This document shows, piece after piece, positions 1-10,922 of a stretch of DNA of 43,813 nucleotides. The stretch comes from Chromatiales bacterium (GTDB lineage Bacteria; Pseudomonadota; Gammaproteobacteria; UBA6429; Thiohalophilaceae), in assembly GCA_024641465.1 (NCBI GenBank), contig JAHEDB010000001.1, forward strand, positions 1 through 43,813. The letters run 5' to 3'. Under the pieces are notes generated by a model that saw only the letters and a list, made by a program, of their open reading frames with translations, was not told the origin of the DNA and did not search any database. Each line of letters opens with the position of its first letter. The stretch's first letter is position 1. The translations under genes were made by a program, and so were the position numbers.

Positions 1-1
1 C

Positions 2-199
2 GTCGTGCATGCAACGGATGATCCCTTTATGACCCGTGAGGCGATTCCCGGTGCGGATGAATTATCGATGCAGGTTACGCTGGAGCTGGCCACACACGGC
101 GGCCATGTCGGTTTTATCGGTGGGAACATACCCTTTCGGGCTCGTTACTGGCTGGAGGAAAGGATCAGTCGCTACTTTGCCAATCAGACTACTGCCTGA
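2..199 (+). CDS. C-terminal fragment of an alpha/beta-fold hydrolase (YheT-like); the 5' end lies outside the window
   Basis: The open frame runs in from the left edge. The tail ...THGGHVGFIGG...RYWLEERI... resembles the catalytic-His region of YheT-type esterases. Recognised by eye only. Confidence 0.45.
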   Translation, partial: VVHATDDPFMTREAIPGADELSMQVTLELATHGGHVGFIGGNIPFRARYWLEERISRYFANQTTA

Positions 200-731
200 G
201 TTCCTTCATGCGCCGCGCAATCTTCTTTTGCCAGGCCGTACCCTCAGTCAGATCATAAAAATAATTCAGCAAAGTGCGCTCATCCGGACGCCGGGTGCGC
301 GCCACCTCAAAATCAACCTGATTTTGCGCATTAATCCCCCGCACCACGATACGATGCGAACCAATGAAAGTCAGGCTGCCGGGCCGGATATTGATGACAT
401 TCTGATATGACGACTGCACACTATCGACAAGTTTATAGGTCATATCCCCGGAGTGAATTGCGGCAATATAGTATTTGCCCGGTTTGAGATTTTCCGCCAT
501 GAAATAACCGTTCTTGTAGACCAGCACCCGCGGCGGCACACGGAAGGGGGGAATATACACCACCCCGAATTCATGAAAATCAACGGCGTCGATGGGGGAA
601 TCCGCCTCCACATAACCGTACATCATGGCCATCTCCGGCGAGAGGATCTCATTGGGTGGGTGCGCAACCGCACAGGCCGCCAGCAGAACGACAGCGAAAA
701 GCAGGGTTGGAAGATGCAAGGCGGCCGGCAT
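189..731 (-). CDS. Hypothetical lipoprotein, 180 aa
   Basis: ATG start with a GGAG Shine-Dalgarno. The N-terminus MPAALHLPTLLFAVVLLAAC has a lipobox (LAAC). No family recognised. Confidence 0.6.
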   Translation of the reverse strand: MPAALHLPTLLFAVVLLAACAVAHPPNEILSPEMAMMYGYVEADSPIDAVDFHEFGVVYIPPFRVPPRVLVYKNGYFMAENLKPGKYYIAAIHSGDMTYKLVDSVQSSYQNVINIRPGSLTFIGSHRIVVRGINAQNQVDFEVARTRRPDERTLLNYFYDLTEGTAWQKKIARRMKELRQ

Positions 732-814
732 GTTTTCTCCTTCAAAACAAATTCAGGTGAAATAATGCAAGGCATGTGCCATTGAAACGGCAATGACGCA
801 TGAAAAACAGGCAA

Positions 815-842
815 TAAAAAAGGCTACCTGAGCAGCCTTTTC
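815..842 (-). terminator. Rho-independent terminator downstream of pnp
   Basis: Hairpin aaaggct/agccttt with an 8-nt loop, followed on the minus strand by TTTTTATT, 22 nt after the pnp stop. Confidence 0.6.
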
Positions 843-863
843 ATTAGTCTAGTCGAAAACCGA

Positions 864-2945
864 TTAACCGGCGGCAACGGCCTTCATACTCAGGCGAATA
901 CGGCCCTGCTTGTCGATTTCCAGAACCTTGACCTTGACCATGTCGCCCTCGGTGAGCTTGTCGCTGACGTTCTCAACGCGCTCGTCACAGATCTGCGAGA
1001 CATGGACCAGACCGTCCTTGCCCGGCAGGATGGTTACAAAGGCGCCGAAGTCCATCAGTTTGGCGACCTTGCCTTCGTAGATCTTGCCCACTTCGACATC
1101 GGCAGTGATCTGTTCCACCTGACGGCGGGCCTCTTCGGCCGCGGCACCGTCACTGGAGGCGATCTTGACCATACCATCGTCGGTAATGTCGATGGTGACA
1201 CCGGTCTCTTCGGTAATCGCACGGATGGTCGCACCACCCTTGCCAATCACATCGCGGATCTTCTCCGGATTGATCTTGAAGGTGACATAGCGTGGCGCAT
1301 GGATCGACATCTCGGTACGCGGTGTACTGATAACGGCATTCATTTTTTCGAGGATATGCAGGCGTCCTTCTTTGGCCTGCGCCAGGGCAACTTCCATGAT
1401 CTCTTTGGTGATACCGTTGATCTTGATGTCCATCTGCAGGGCGTTGACGCCCTTTGAGGTACCGGCCACCTTAAAGTCCATGTCACCCAGGTGATCTTCG
1501 TCACCCATGATGTCACTCAATACGGCAAATTTGGCGCCTTCCTTGATCAGGCCCATGGCAATACCGGCCGTCGGTGCCTTAATGGGTACACCGGCGTCCA
1601 TCATCGACAGGCTGCTGCCACAGACCGAGGCCATGGAACTGGAGCCATTCGATTCCGTGATTTCAGATACGACGCGTACGCTGTAGGGAAATTCTTCGAT
1701 AGTCGGCATCACACCCAGGACACCACGCTTGGCGAGGCGGCCATGACCGATTTCACGACGCTTGGGACTGCCAACCCGGCCGGTTTCACCGACACAGTAG
1801 GGTGGGAAATTATATTGCAACATGAAATTATCGCGATAAGACCCTTCCAGGGCATCGATGATCTGCGAATCACGCTCGGTACCCAGGGTGGTGATCACCA
1901 GGGCCTGAGTCTCGCCACGGGTAAACAGGGCGGAACCGTGGGTACGGGGCAAGACACCGACCTTGACGGTGATCGGGCGAACGGTACGGGTGTCACGACC
2001 ATCGATACGCGGCTCACCACTGATGATACTGCCACGCACAATCTTCGATTCCAGGCTCGATACGGCTTCGGATATCACGGCCGCGCTCCAGCCTGCATCC
2101 GAGGCCAGCTTATCAACCGCGGCCTTACGGATTTCTGACAGGCGGGAATAGCGGTCCTGTTTGATCTTGATTTTGTATGCGGACGCCAAATCGCCTTGAG
2201 CGATGGCAGCCACTTCACTGTGTAATTTTTCGTCTCGGGTGGGCGGAGTCCAGTCCCAGGACTGAACACCGGCTTCCTTGGCAAATTCCTTGATAGCCTT
2301 GATGATCACTTGCTGCTGCTCATGACCAAAGACCACGGCGCCGAGCATGACCTCTTCCGACAATTCCTTGGCCTCAGACTCCACCATCAATACGGCATCT
2401 TCGGTACCGGCAACCACCAGGTCCAGCTCGGATTCTTTAAGCTGGCTGAGTGAGGGATTCAGCAGATACTGGCCATCTTTGTAACCCACGCGAGCGGCGC
2501 CGATCGGGCCATGGAATGGGGTACCGGTCAGCATCAGGGCAGCCGAGGCACCGATCAAGGCAGGGACATCCGGGTCAATTTCCGGATCCATGGATACCAC
2601 GGTGGCAATAATCTGCACTTCGTTGGTAAAGCCATCGGGGAACAAGGGACGAATCGGGCGATCGATCAGGCGAGAGGTAAGTGTTTCCTTTTCTGACGGG
2701 CGACCTTCCCGCTTCAGGAAGCCACCAGGGATCCTACCTACTGCGTAGGTACGTTCCTGATAATCGACAGTCATGGGGAAAAAGTCGCGACCTTCGCCCG
2801 CGTCTTTCATCGCTACCGCCGTAACAAGCACAACGGTTTCACCCATACTGACCATAACGGCGCCGGTGGATTGACGGGCAATTTCACCGGTTTCGAGGCG
2901 TACGACGTGATCGCCGTATTTAATTTCTTTAGTTACGGGGGTCAT
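864..2945 (-). CDS. pnp: Polyribonucleotide nucleotidyltransferase (PNPase)
   Basis: Full-length match by eye to PNPase: two RNase PH domains, KH, and a C-terminal S1 (...[13 protein letters not shown]...). The ORF-track start at 2957 is TTG. The ATG at 2945 has an AAGGAAG Shine-Dalgarno and aligns with the E. coli N-terminus. Confidence 0.97.
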   Translation of the reverse strand: MTPVTKEIKYGDHVVRLETGEIARQSTGAVMVSMGETVVLVTAVAMKDAGEGRDFFPMTVDYQERTYAVGRIPGGFLKREGRPSEKETLTSRLIDRPIRPLFPDGFTNEVQIIATVVSMDPEIDPDVPALIGASAALMLTGTPFHGPIGAARVGYKDGQYLLNPSLSQLKESELDLVVAGTEDAVLMVESEAKELSEEVMLGAVVFGHEQQQVIIKAIKEFAKEAGVQSWDWTPPTRDEKLHSEVAAIAQGDLASAYKIKIKQDRYSRLSEIRKAAVDKLASDAGWSAAVISEAVSSLESKIVRGSIISGEPRIDGRDTRTVRPITVKVGVLPRTHGSALFTRGETQALVITTLGTERDSQIIDALEGSYRDNFMLQYNFPPYCVGETGRVGSPKRREIGHGRLAKRGVLGVMPTIEEFPYSVRVVSEITESNGSSSMASVCGSSLSMMDAGVPIKAPTAGIAMGLIKEGAKFAVLSDIMGDEDHLGDMDFKVAGTSKGVNALQMDIKINGITKEIMEVALAQAKEGRLHILEKMNAVISTPRTEMSIHAPRYVTFKINPEKIRDVIGKGGATIRAITEETGVTIDITDDGMVKIASSDGAAAEEARRQVEQITADVEVGKIYEGKVAKLMDFGAFVTILPGKDGLVHVSQICDERVENVSDKLTEGDMVKVKVLEIDKQGRIRLSMKAVAAG

Positions 2946-2972
2946 GGCTTCCTTCAAAAGGTTTTATTTAAC

Positions 2973-3242
2973 TTACTTACGCAGACCTAAATTGGTGATC
3001 AGATCGCGGTACCGTTGCACGTCCTTTTTCTTCAGGTAATCGAGCAACTTACGGCGCTGGCTCACCATACGCAGCAGACCCTGACGTGAATGGTGGTCAT
3101 GAATATGGGCCTTGAAATGGTCAGACAGATCATTGATACGGGCTGATAATAAAGCAACCTGTACTTCGGGTGAGCCAGTATCACTGGCGCCACGCTGATG
3201 TTCACTGACGATGCTTGCCTTCTGTTCGGCATTGATGGACAT
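2973..3242 (-). CDS. rpsO: 30S ribosomal protein S15
   Basis: 89 aa, [17 protein letters not shown]...[26 protein letters not shown] at 3242 with a GGAG Shine-Dalgarno. The longer ORF-track N-terminus is rejected. Confidence 0.97.
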   Translation of the reverse strand: MSINAEQKASIVSEHQRGASDTGSPEVQVALLSARINDLSDHFKAHIHDHHSRQGLLRMVSQRRKLLDYLKKKDVQRYRDLITNLGLRK

Positions 3243-3347
3243 CGCAAACTCCTGTTTTAAATAAAATTTACCGATAAATTGGAGGGCGTATTGTACCCGC
3301 GCCCCCAACACGACACAAGGGGAAAAACCGGCCGAAAGACCGAATCT

Positions 3348-4262
3348 TTACCCTGATTTCAATAGCCTCCGAGGGGCTATCCGACCGTCATCGAGGATTT
3401 CCCCAATGCCGATGAATTGCTGGTTTGACGACAGGCGTACCAGACCGCTGGTGGGCGCCCTGGCAACCTGAATGGGCTGCCCCCGATTGATGTAAAAGGC
3501 CGAGGTTTCCGTCAACTGGATCTCCGGCCAGTCAGCCAGGGCCTGCTCAATCGGCAGAATCACCTGATCCATGGCCGCAAAACCCTCCTCAGCCAGGGCC
3601 GCCAGGGTTTCCAGGGTCACCGCCCGTTCGAGGGTAAACGGCCCAACCTTGGTCCGTCGCAGGGCACTCAAATGGGCGCCACAACCCAGCTCACGGCCGA
3701 TATCCTCCGCCAGGGTCCGTACGTAGGTCCCCTTTGAGCAGCGCATGGCAATATCCAGCTCATCCCCGGCCAGGCGCGTCATCGTCAATTCGTGGATATG
3801 GATGGTGCGGGGCTGACGTTCGACCTCGATCCCCTGGTGGGCCAATTTATAGAGCGGCTGGCCGCCCTGCTTGATGGCCGAGTGCATGGGGGGAATTTGC
3901 TCGATAGTGCCGGTGAATTTGGCCAGCACGGCCTTGACCTGTTGTTCGGAATAATCCCCCACCGGTTTTTGCTCAATGATTTCGCCTTCGGCATCGGCCG
4001 TGGTGGTGCGCACACCCAGTTTACAGGTGCCGGTATAGGCCTTGTCGGCATCCAGCAGATAGCTGGATATCTTGGTGGCCTCCCCCAGACAAATGGGTAA
4101 TAAACCCGTGGCGAGGGGATCCAGACTGCCGGTATGGCCGGCCTTACTGGCATCAAACAGGCGTTTGACCCTCTGCAAGGCTGAGTTCGAGGTAATACCG
4201 AGCGGCTTATCCAGCAGCACAATGCCATTTATCTCACGACCACGGGGACGTCTCTTTGCCAC
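3348..4262 (-). CDS. truB: tRNA pseudouridine-55 synthase
   Basis: N-terminus ...INGIVLLDKPLGITSN... and the catalytic GHTGSLDPLATG motif. GTG start. Conserved position after rbfA. Confidence 0.95.
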   Translation of the reverse strand: MAKRRPRGREINGIVLLDKPLGITSNSALQRVKRLFDASKAGHTGSLDPLATGLLPICLGEATKISSYLLDADKAYTGTCKLGVRTTTADAEGEIIEQKPVGDYSEQQVKAVLAKFTGTIEQIPPMHSAIKQGGQPLYKLAHQGIEVERQPRTIHIHELTMTRLAGDELDIAMRCSKGTYVRTLAEDIGRELGCGAHLSALRRTKVGPFTLERAVTLETLAALAEEGFAAMDQVILPIEQALADWPEIQLTETSAFYINRGQPIQVARAPTSGLVRLSSNQQFIGIGEILDDGRIAPRRLLKSG

Positions 4263-4279
4263 GCTCTACCTCGACTAAC

Positions 4280-4645
4280 TTATTCGTCTTTTTTATCGCT
4301 CGCGATGGCCTTGTCGATCAGGGAAGACAGACGATTACCGCGTTCGATGGATTCGTCATAGACGAAGTGTAATTCGGGAATGATGCGCAGTTTGATGCGC
4401 TGTCCCAGTTCATGGCGTAAGAAACCGCTGGCGCGGGCCAGGATGGCCAGCGATTGTTGCATGCCCTCGGCATTATCGAGACTGCTGACAAAGACCTTGG
4501 CGTGGGAAAAATCGCGACTAACCTCGACCGCCTGCACAGTCAGCATCCCGATACGGGGATCCTTGATCTCCTGTTGGATGAGCTGCGCGAGTTCGCGTTG
4601 CATTTGCTCACCGACACGGCGGGTACGACTGAATTCTTTAGGCAT
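4280..4645 (-). CDS. rbfA: Ribosome-binding factor A
   Basis: 121 aa, MPKEFSRTRRVGEQMQRELAQLIQ...; conserved position between infB and truB. Confidence 0.95.
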   Translation of the reverse strand: MPKEFSRTRRVGEQMQRELAQLIQQEIKDPRIGMLTVQAVEVSRDFSHAKVFVSSLDNAEGMQQSLAILARASGFLRHELGQRIKLRIIPELHFVYDESIERGNRLSSLIDKAIASDKKDE

Positions 4646-4704
4646 GGGAACAACCCGGAATGATCCGTTTATTGGAAATTGTGTAAGGGCTACTTTGCTT
4701 CGAC

Positions 4705-7191
4705 TTACAATTTACGGGCAACCTGCACGCGCTCGTAAACCTCGATCTGATCGCCGGGCTTGACGTCATTGTAGTTCTTCACACCGATACCACACTCTGT
4801 ACCCTGCTTGACTTCATTGACATCGTCCTTGAAGCGACGCAGTGATTCCAGTTCACCTTCGTAGATCACTACGTTGTCGCGTAACACACGAATCGGGCTG
4901 CTCCGCTTGACGGTGCCTTCGATCACCATACAACCGGCAATCGCACCCAGTTTTGGCGAACGGAATACATCGCGCACCTCGGCCAGACCGATGATCTGTT
5001 CCTTGAATTCCGGCGCGAGCATACCGCTCATGGCGTGCTTCACTTCATCGATGAGATCATAGATGACACTGTAGTAATGCAGATCAACGGATTCCTCATC
5101 AATCAACCGTTTGGAGGTGCTGTCGGCACGGACATTGAAACCGATCATCACCGCATTTGAGGCCACGGCCAGATTCACATCGGATTCATTAATTCCACCC
5201 ACACCACTGGCGACAATCTTGACCTTCACTTCATCTGTAGACAAGGCCTGCAACGCATCGGAGATGGCCTCCACAGAACCCTGTACATCGGCCTTGAGGA
5301 CGATGTTGAGGGAGTTGACCTCGCCCTCTTCCATTTGCGAGAACATGTTTTCCAGTTTGGATGCCTGCTGACGCGCCAGTTTGACATCGCGGTATTTACC
5401 CTGTCGGAACAGGGCGATCTCACGCGCCTTGCGTTCATCAGAGACCACATTGGCCTCGTCACCAGCACTGGGAATTCCTGACAGACCAAGGACCTCGACC
5501 GGAATCGATGGACCAGCCTCGTCCAGCATCTTGCCGTGTTCATCGACCAGTGCGCGGACACGACCGTATTCCAGACCGGCGAGAAGGATATCGCCCTTCT
5601 TCAGCAACCCCTGCTGGATCAGCATGGTGGCAACCGGGCCCCGTCCCTTATCGAGACGGGATTCGATGATCACGCCTTTGGCATTGCCTTCGTCATGGGC
5701 CTTCAGCTCCAGGACTTCAGTCTGCAACAAAATGGCATCGAGCAATTGATCAACACCATCACCGGTGTGGGCTGAGACATGCACAAACATGGTGTCACCG
5801 CCCCAGTCTTCAGGAATCACATCTTCCTGGGCCAGTTCATTCTTGACGCGATCGGGATCGGCGCCCTGCTTATCCATCTTGTTGATAGCGATAATCAATG
5901 GTACACCGGCAGCGCGGGCGTGTTGAATGGCTTCCTTGGTTTGCGGCATAACGCCGTCATCGGCGGCAACCACCAGGATCACCAGGTCGGTTACCTTGGC
6001 GCCACGGGCGCGCATGGCGGTAAACGCCGCGTGGCCGGGGGTATCGAGGAAAGTGATATCACCGCCAGGAGTAGAAACATGATAGGCGCCGATATGCTGG
6101 GTAATTCCACCAGACTCACCCGCCGCGACACGGCTGCGTCGGATGTAATCCAGCAACGAGGTCTTGCCGTGGTCGACGTGACCCATGATGGTAACAACCG
6201 GGGCACGGGTCTTGAGTTCTCCGGTCAAGGCTTCTGACAGCGAATCCTCAATAGCATCCTCTTTCATGATCTTGGGGGTATGGCCCATTTCTTCAACGAT
6301 GATGGAGGCAGTATCCTGATCCAGCACCTGGTTGATGGTCACCATACTGCCCATTTTCATCATGACCTTGATCAGGTCAGCGGCCTTGACCGACATCTTT
6401 TGCGCCAGTTCGCCGACCGTAATCGTTTCAGGCAGGGAGACCTCGCGTATTATCGGCGCGGTTGGCCGTTGAAAACCGTGTTCTCCCGCGGCGCCCTGTG
6501 ATACCCGGCGTGATTTGGACGGTTTTTTACGCCGACCAGTCATATCAACATTGACGTGCAACTCCTTGCGGCCATAGCGTGTTTCCCGATCATCAATTCG
6601 TTCGGCCTTTTTGGCCTTCTTGGGTTTACCCGGTCGTTCTTCCTTGACGGCTTCCGCCTGACCACGGGTAATAACATCGGCCTGTTTCTTGGCCTCTTCC
6701 TCGGCAGTCTTTTCCGCCTCGGCGGCATTCTTTGCAGCTTCTTCAGCCGCCAGACGTGCCTGTTCTTCAGCCTGTTGTTTTGCAACCAGGTCATCCTGCT
6801 CCTTGCGAATACGTGCGGCCTCCTGCTCGATGGCATCCAGTCTGGCCTTTTCCTCTTCGAGACGCTGATGTTCCTCTTCCATGACCACGCTGCGTTTCAC
6901 GTAGGTGCGTTTTTTACGTACCTCAACCGTAACGGACTTGGCCTTGCCATGTGAACCCGTCTGGCGCAACTCACTGGTCTTTTTCCGGCTGAGGGTGATC
7001 TTCTTTGGCTCAGTACGTTCATTGGCGCCATGCTTGCGGCGCAGGAAACCCAGCAACTCCACTTTTTCGGATTCGCTGATGGTTGCGTCCGCATCATTGA
7101 TTTCCACGCCCGCCTCTTTCAGTTGATCCAGCAGGCGATCAATGGAAATACCAACTACTTCTGCAAACTGTCGTACCGTCACTTCAGCCAT
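4705..7191 (-). CDS. infB: Translation initiation factor IF-2
   Basis: 828 aa with a charged Glu/Lys/Ala-rich N-terminal region and a GTPase domain ([23 protein letters not shown]). Confidence 0.97.
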   Translation of the reverse strand: MAEVTVRQFAEVVGISIDRLLDQLKEAGVEINDADATISESEKVELLGFLRRKHGANERTEPKKITLSRKKTSELRQTGSHGKAKSVTVEVRKKRTYVKRSVVMEEEHQRLEEEKARLDAIEQEAARIRKEQDDLVAKQQAEEQARLAAEEAAKNAAEAEKTAEEEAKKQADVITRGQAEAVKEERPGKPKKAKKAERIDDRETRYGRKELHVNVDMTGRRKKPSKSRRVSQGAAGEHGFQRPTAPIIREVSLPETITVGELAQKMSVKAADLIKVMMKMGSMVTINQVLDQDTASIIVEEMGHTPKIMKEDAIEDSLSEALTGELKTRAPVVTIMGHVDHGKTSLLDYIRRSRVAAGESGGITQHIGAYHVSTPGGDITFLDTPGHAAFTAMRARGAKVTDLVILVVAADDGVMPQTKEAIQHARAAGVPLIIAINKMDKQGADPDRVKNELAQEDVIPEDWGGDTMFVHVSAHTGDGVDQLLDAILLQTEVLELKAHDEGNAKGVIIESRLDKGRGPVATMLIQQGLLKKGDILLAGLEYGRVRALVDEHGKMLDEAGPSIPVEVLGLSGIPSAGDEANVVSDERKAREIALFRQGKYRDVKLARQQASKLENMFSQMEEGEVNSLNIVLKADVQGSVEAISDALQALSTDEVKVKIVASGVGGINESDVNLAVASNAVMIGFNVRADSTSKRLIDEESVDLHYYSVIYDLIDEVKHAMSGMLAPEFKEQIIGLAEVRDVFRSPKLGAIAGCMVIEGTVKRSSPIRVLRDNVVIYEGELESLRRFKDDVNEVKQGTECGIGVKNYNDVKPGDQIEVYERVQVARKL

Positions 7192-7218
7192 CTATTCTTT
7201 TCTCCAATTCTTCCGCGA

Positions 7219-8718
7219 TCAACTGCTCTGTGTCTCTTCGGCAAACCAGGGCGCCCTTGCAGTCATAATCAACTTGGCGGCGGCATCCTCGTCCATACCA
7301 TCCAGTTGCATCAATTCATCCACCGATTGCTCGGCCAGGTCTTCCATGGTCACCACGCCCAGGCTGGTCAGTTTGTAGGCCAGCTCCAGGTCCATTCCTT
7401 CCATCTCCAGCAGGTCCTTGGCTGGTTCCACCTGTGTCATTTCCTCTTCGCTACTGATCGCACGAGTCAACAACACATCCTTGGCGCGATTACGCAATTC
7501 TTCAACGATGTCTTCATCGAACTCTTCGATCTGCAGCATTTCTTCAACCGGGACATAGGCCACTTCATCGATAGTAGTAAAACCTTCCTGAATCAGGATT
7601 GCCGCCACTTCCGCATCGACATCGAGCTGTACCATGAAGGCCTGCATGATCTTTTCGGATTCCACCTCGCTCTTCTTCTCGGCATCGGCTTCGGACATCA
7701 CGTTGAGGGTCCATTTGGTCAGTTCACTGGCCAGTTTTACGTTCTGGCCGCTGCGACCGATGGCCTGCGACAGTTGGTCTTCAGCGACCGCGATATCCAT
7801 GCTCCTGGCGTCTTCATCCACCACGATGGATTCCACATCGGCAGGCGACATGGCATTGATCACGAACTGGGCGGGATTTTCATCCCACAGGACGATATCG
7901 ACTCGCTCACCGGCGAGTTCGTTGGATACGGCCTGTACGCGGGAACCGCGCATACCAACACAGGCCCCGACCGGATCGATGCGGGATTCATTACTGCGTA
8001 CCGCGATCTTGGCGCGAGAACCCGGGTCACGGGCCGCGCCCAGGATGTCGATCAGACCTTCGCCGATCTCGGGCACTTCGATCTTGAACAGCCCGATCAG
8101 GAAATTGGGGTCGGTGCGACTGACGTGCAATTGCGGGCCACGGGCCTCGGGATTCACTTCTTTCAGATAGCCACGCAGACGGTCACCGGGACGAACCGAT
8201 TCGCGGGGGATCATGTCTTCGCGGGGGACGATGGCGTCGATATTCTTACCGAGGTCGAGATAGACATTGCCGCGTTCGACACGTTTTACCACACCCATGA
8301 CCAATTCGCCGATCCGGTCCTTATATTCTGCAAAGACCTGGGCACGCTCGGCCTCACGGACCTTCTGTACTATAACCTGTTTGGCGGTCTGAGCAGAGAT
8401 ACGACCAAAACCGACGGATTCGATCTGTTCTTCGGTAAAGGCACCCACCTCGATTTCCGGGTCTTCCACTTGCGCGGCACTGAGGGTAGTCTGGCGTTCA
8501 GGGTGTTCCATGGCGTCGTCGGCGACGATTTCCCAGCGACGGAATGTCTCATAGTCACCGGTATCGCGATCAATACTCACCCGCACATCGATATCGGTGG
8601 TATACCGCTTTTTGGTGGCCATGGCCAATGCGGCCTCTATCGCTTCAAAAATAATGCCCTTCTCGACACCCTTCTCATTCGATACGGCTTCTACGACCAG
8701 CAAAATCTCTTTATTCAT
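7219..8718 (-). CDS. nusA: Transcription termination/antitermination factor NusA
   Basis: 499 aa, [18 protein letters not shown]..., with S1/KH regions and C-terminal acidic repeats. Lies upstream of infB. Confidence 0.97.
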   Translation of the reverse strand: MNKEILLVVEAVSNEKGVEKGIIFEAIEAALAMATKKRYTTDIDVRVSIDRDTGDYETFRRWEIVADDAMEHPERQTTLSAAQVEDPEIEVGAFTEEQIESVGFGRISAQTAKQVIVQKVREAERAQVFAEYKDRIGELVMGVVKRVERGNVYLDLGKNIDAIVPREDMIPRESVRPGDRLRGYLKEVNPEARGPQLHVSRTDPNFLIGLFKIEVPEIGEGLIDILGAARDPGSRAKIAVRSNESRIDPVGACVGMRGSRVQAVSNELAGERVDIVLWDENPAQFVINAMSPADVESIVVDEDARSMDIAVAEDQLSQAIGRSGQNVKLASELTKWTLNVMSEADAEKKSEVESEKIMQAFMVQLDVDAEVAAILIQEGFTTIDEVAYVPVEEMLQIEEFDEDIVEELRNRAKDVLLTRAISSEEEMTQVEPAKDLLEMEGMDLELAYKLTSLGVVTMEDLAEQSVDELMQLDGMDEDAAAKLIMTARAPWFAEETQSS

Positions 8719-8780
8719 TGCCTTACCCTTGCTTCACTCAACTTTGGGGAAATTCCCTTAACAGCCATTCATCCCGACCA

Positions 8781-9242
8781 TTACAACTCAGGATCCAGAT
8801 TGGCCTTTTCAATATTGTCATAGGCCAAACGGGTTTCCTGCCCATTTTCATCGTCACGCAGTAAAATTCCATCGCCATCCGCCGTTACCAGCACTCCGCG
8901 AAACTTGCGGGTATTACCCTCGGGTCGGCGCAGACGCAGACGCAGCCTTTCCCCCACATGCCGGATGTAATGTTCCGCCTTGAACAGGGGCCGATCCACT
9001 CCGGGTGATGAGACCTCCAGGACATACTGTCCCTTGAGGGGTTCTTCGACATCCATCACACCACTGACCTGGCGACTGACCTTCTCGCAATCCTCCAGGC
9101 CGATACCCTGTTCGCTATCTATATATAGGCGCAATACCGAATGGCGGCCTTGACCTATATATTCAATTCCTAGCAATTCATAACCCAGCCCTGCAACAAC
9201 CGGTTCAATCAGATTGGTCAGGTTTTCCGCTACCGCCGCCAT
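8781..9242 (-). CDS. rimP: Ribosome maturation factor RimP
   Basis: 153 aa from the ATG at 9242 (MAAVAENLTNLIEPVVAGLGYELLGIEY...), which aligns in length with E. coli RimP. Lies upstream of nusA. The longer ORF-track start is rejected. Confidence 0.9.
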   Translation of the reverse strand: MAAVAENLTNLIEPVVAGLGYELLGIEYIGQGRHSVLRLYIDSEQGIGLEDCEKVSRQVSGVMDVEEPLKGQYVLEVSSPGVDRPLFKAEHYIRHVGERLRLRLRRPEGNTRKFRGVLVTADGDGILLRDDENGQETRLAYDNIEKANLDPEL

Positions 9243-9443
9243 ACGCCATTTACACCTGAAAAAAAAAATGGGCCACCGGGCCCACTTCTTATTATTACTC
9301 TGTAAAAATTCAGGCAAATTATAACACCTTATTTATAAATCACCAACTCCCCGACACGCTTTCCCAGCCAAATCAGGCAGATGCCAGCCCAGGCCGGCAA
9401 CCTGTCGGGTATACCGGCAAGCTCGATACCGGTATCGTCCCTC

Positions 9444-9483
9444 AAAAAAAAACCGACTGCCGGTTAGTCCCCGGCAATCGGTT
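9444..9483 (-). terminator. Rho-independent terminator between tRNA-fMet and rimP
   Basis: 13-bp stem (aaccgattgccgg/ccggcagtcggtt, one mismatch) followed by T9 on the minus strand, immediately 3' of the tRNA. Confidence 0.65.
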
Positions 9484-9488
9484 ATAGT

Positions 9489-9565
<77 letters not shown>

Positions 9566-9674
9566 TCAGAAGGGGGGCATTCTACATAGGGCAACCGGTA
9601 TAAGCAAGCAGGGTCTTGTGCAATTTAAGCGGATTGCATTATGCAAGGAAAAAGGTAATCATTCTCAGGCCATG

Positions 9675-9691
9675 ATCAATAACTTATTGAT
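9675..9691. promoter_or_regulatory. 17-bp perfect palindrome ATCAATAAcTTATTGAT upstream of soxY (candidate operator)
   Basis: Read directly from the sequence. It lies about 92 bp upstream of the soxY ATG in a non-coding stretch. No cognate regulator is known. Confidence 0.25.
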
Positions 9692-9782
9692 TTTTAAGAA
9701 ACCACAAACATGGTATGAGTCTTGCTCTATCACGACCTACAGTACGAATACTAAATCAAGCGAGTTTGGAGGATTTACCCGA

Positions 9783-10253
9783 ATGAATAACCTACGTCGA
9801 ACCTTTCTCAAGGCTGGTATGACCACCGCTACCGTTGCGGTCGCCGCCGGTGCCGGCCTGCTCACCCCGGGCTCCGTGCTGGCCGCCTGGCCCAAATCAG
9901 CCTTTGAAACCAAAAAGATGGACGAAGCCATCAAGATCCTTAATGGCAGCGCCGCAGCCACCAACAGCAAGGACATTACCGTCGAGGCACCCGATATCGC
10001 GGAAAATGGCGCCGTGGTCTCAGTGACCGTTAAAACCAATCTGGCCAATGTCGAGAAAATCACGATTCTGGTACCAGAAAACGTTAGCCCCCTGGCTGCC
10101 AGCTATGAACTGAGCGCGCAAACAGATGGTTTCGTTACAGGCCGTATCAAAATGCGCAAAACCTCCGATGTCATCGCTATCGTCAAGGCTGGTGGCAAAC
10201 TGATGACCGCCAAAAAGCCGGTCAAGGTGACCCTGGGTGGTTGTGGCGGTTAA
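9783..10253 (+). CDS. soxY: Sulfur-carrier protein SoxY
   Basis: 156 aa from the ATG at 9783 (GGAGGA Shine-Dalgarno). Tat-like signal MNNLRRTFLKAG...AA, and the diagnostic C-terminal GGCGG* motif that carries the sulfur-binding Cys. Confidence 0.9.
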   Translation: MNNLRRTFLKAGMTTATVAVAAGAGLLTPGSVLAAWPKSAFETKKMDEAIKILNGSAAATNSKDITVEAPDIAENGAVVSVTVKTNLANVEKITILVPENVSPLAASYELSAQTDGFVTGRIKMRKTSDVIAIVKAGGKLMTAKKPVKVTLGGCGG

Positions 10254-10302
10254 TCCGCACAGGCAAATATTAAGTAACGAACAGATTTTTCGAGGATATA
10301 AC

Positions 10303-10620
10303 ATGGCAGACAACAAAATGAAAATTCGCGCCTGGATGACAGGCGACCGTGCAACGGTAAAGGCAATCCTGTTTCACCCGATGGAAACCGGTTTACGCAA
10401 AGACAAGGCTACTGGCCAGGCAATCCCGGCCCACTATATTACTGAAGTCAAATGTGAACACCAGGACAAGAATGTCCTGACCTGTCTGTGGGGACCAGGG
10501 GTATCTAAAAATCCCTTTCTGTCATTCCGCTTCAAGGGCGCGAAGGCAGGTGACAGCCTGAAGATCAGCTGGGTCGATAACAAGGGTGAATCAGCCACAA
10601 CGACATCAACTATCGGTTAA
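10303..10620 (+). CDS. soxZ: Sulfur-compound chelating protein SoxZ
   Basis: 105 aa from the ATG at 10303. MADNKMKIRA...ILFHPMETGLRKD...HYI... is the typical SoxZ fold signature. Lies directly downstream of soxY. Confidence 0.88.
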   Translation: MADNKMKIRAWMTGDRATVKAILFHPMETGLRKDKATGQAIPAHYITEVKCEHQDKNVLTCLWGPGVSKNPFLSFRFKGAKAGDSLKISWVDNKGESATTTSTIG

Positions 10621-10645
10621 TTGAGCTTCCTCCTCAATTAATTTT

Positions 10646-10674
10646 AAGCGTGCAATCCATCGCACGCTTTTTTT
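10646..10674 (+). terminator. Rho-independent terminator after soxZ
   Basis: 8-bp stem aagcgtgc/gcacgctt with an 8-nt loop, followed by T7. Confidence 0.7.
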
Positions 10675-10868
10675 ATTTCTAAAATTTACCCGCCAAGCCT
10701 ACAGCACCGCATCCACAAGATAGAACTCGTCGCACAAACTAACCCGTACCGGACTCAACTCTACATTGTTTGTATCCTGGTAATTGCGCCTTATCGCTGA
10801 CAACCCAGACTATTCGGATCCGGCGAGATGGGCAACACTCTGCTAGCACTTTTGTTTACGATTCAGGC

Positions 10869-10896
10869 AAAAAAAAACGGGCGCCAGGCGCCCGTT
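10869..10896 (-). terminator. Rho-independent terminator after the DsrE-like gene
   Basis: GC-rich hairpin cgggcg/cgcccg followed on the minus strand by T9. Confidence 0.7.
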
Positions 10897-10922
10897 TATC
10901 AGTTGACTGTTGGTATCACCGA

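Noticed and set aside
1002-2138. Several 150-215-aa plus-strand ORFs inside pnp, with similar cases inside infB, nuoL/M, nuoF and nuoG
   Set aside because: All lie antisense to or out of frame with genes that have unambiguous family signatures. No motifs are recognisable.
7030-8823. 597-aa ORF on the plus strand
   Set aside because: It lies entirely antisense to the highly conserved nusA (and the rimP 3' end). The translation is low-complexity (H/F/G/D/L-rich), no family is recognisable and there is no Shine-Dalgarno. This is a typical shadow ORF.
9618-9782. N-terminal extension of SoxY (ORF-track start at 9618)
   Set aside because: The extension is not signal-like and has no Shine-Dalgarno. 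The ATG at 9783 has a GGAGGA Shine-Dalgarno and begins a Tat/Sec-type signal peptide, as expected for SoxY.
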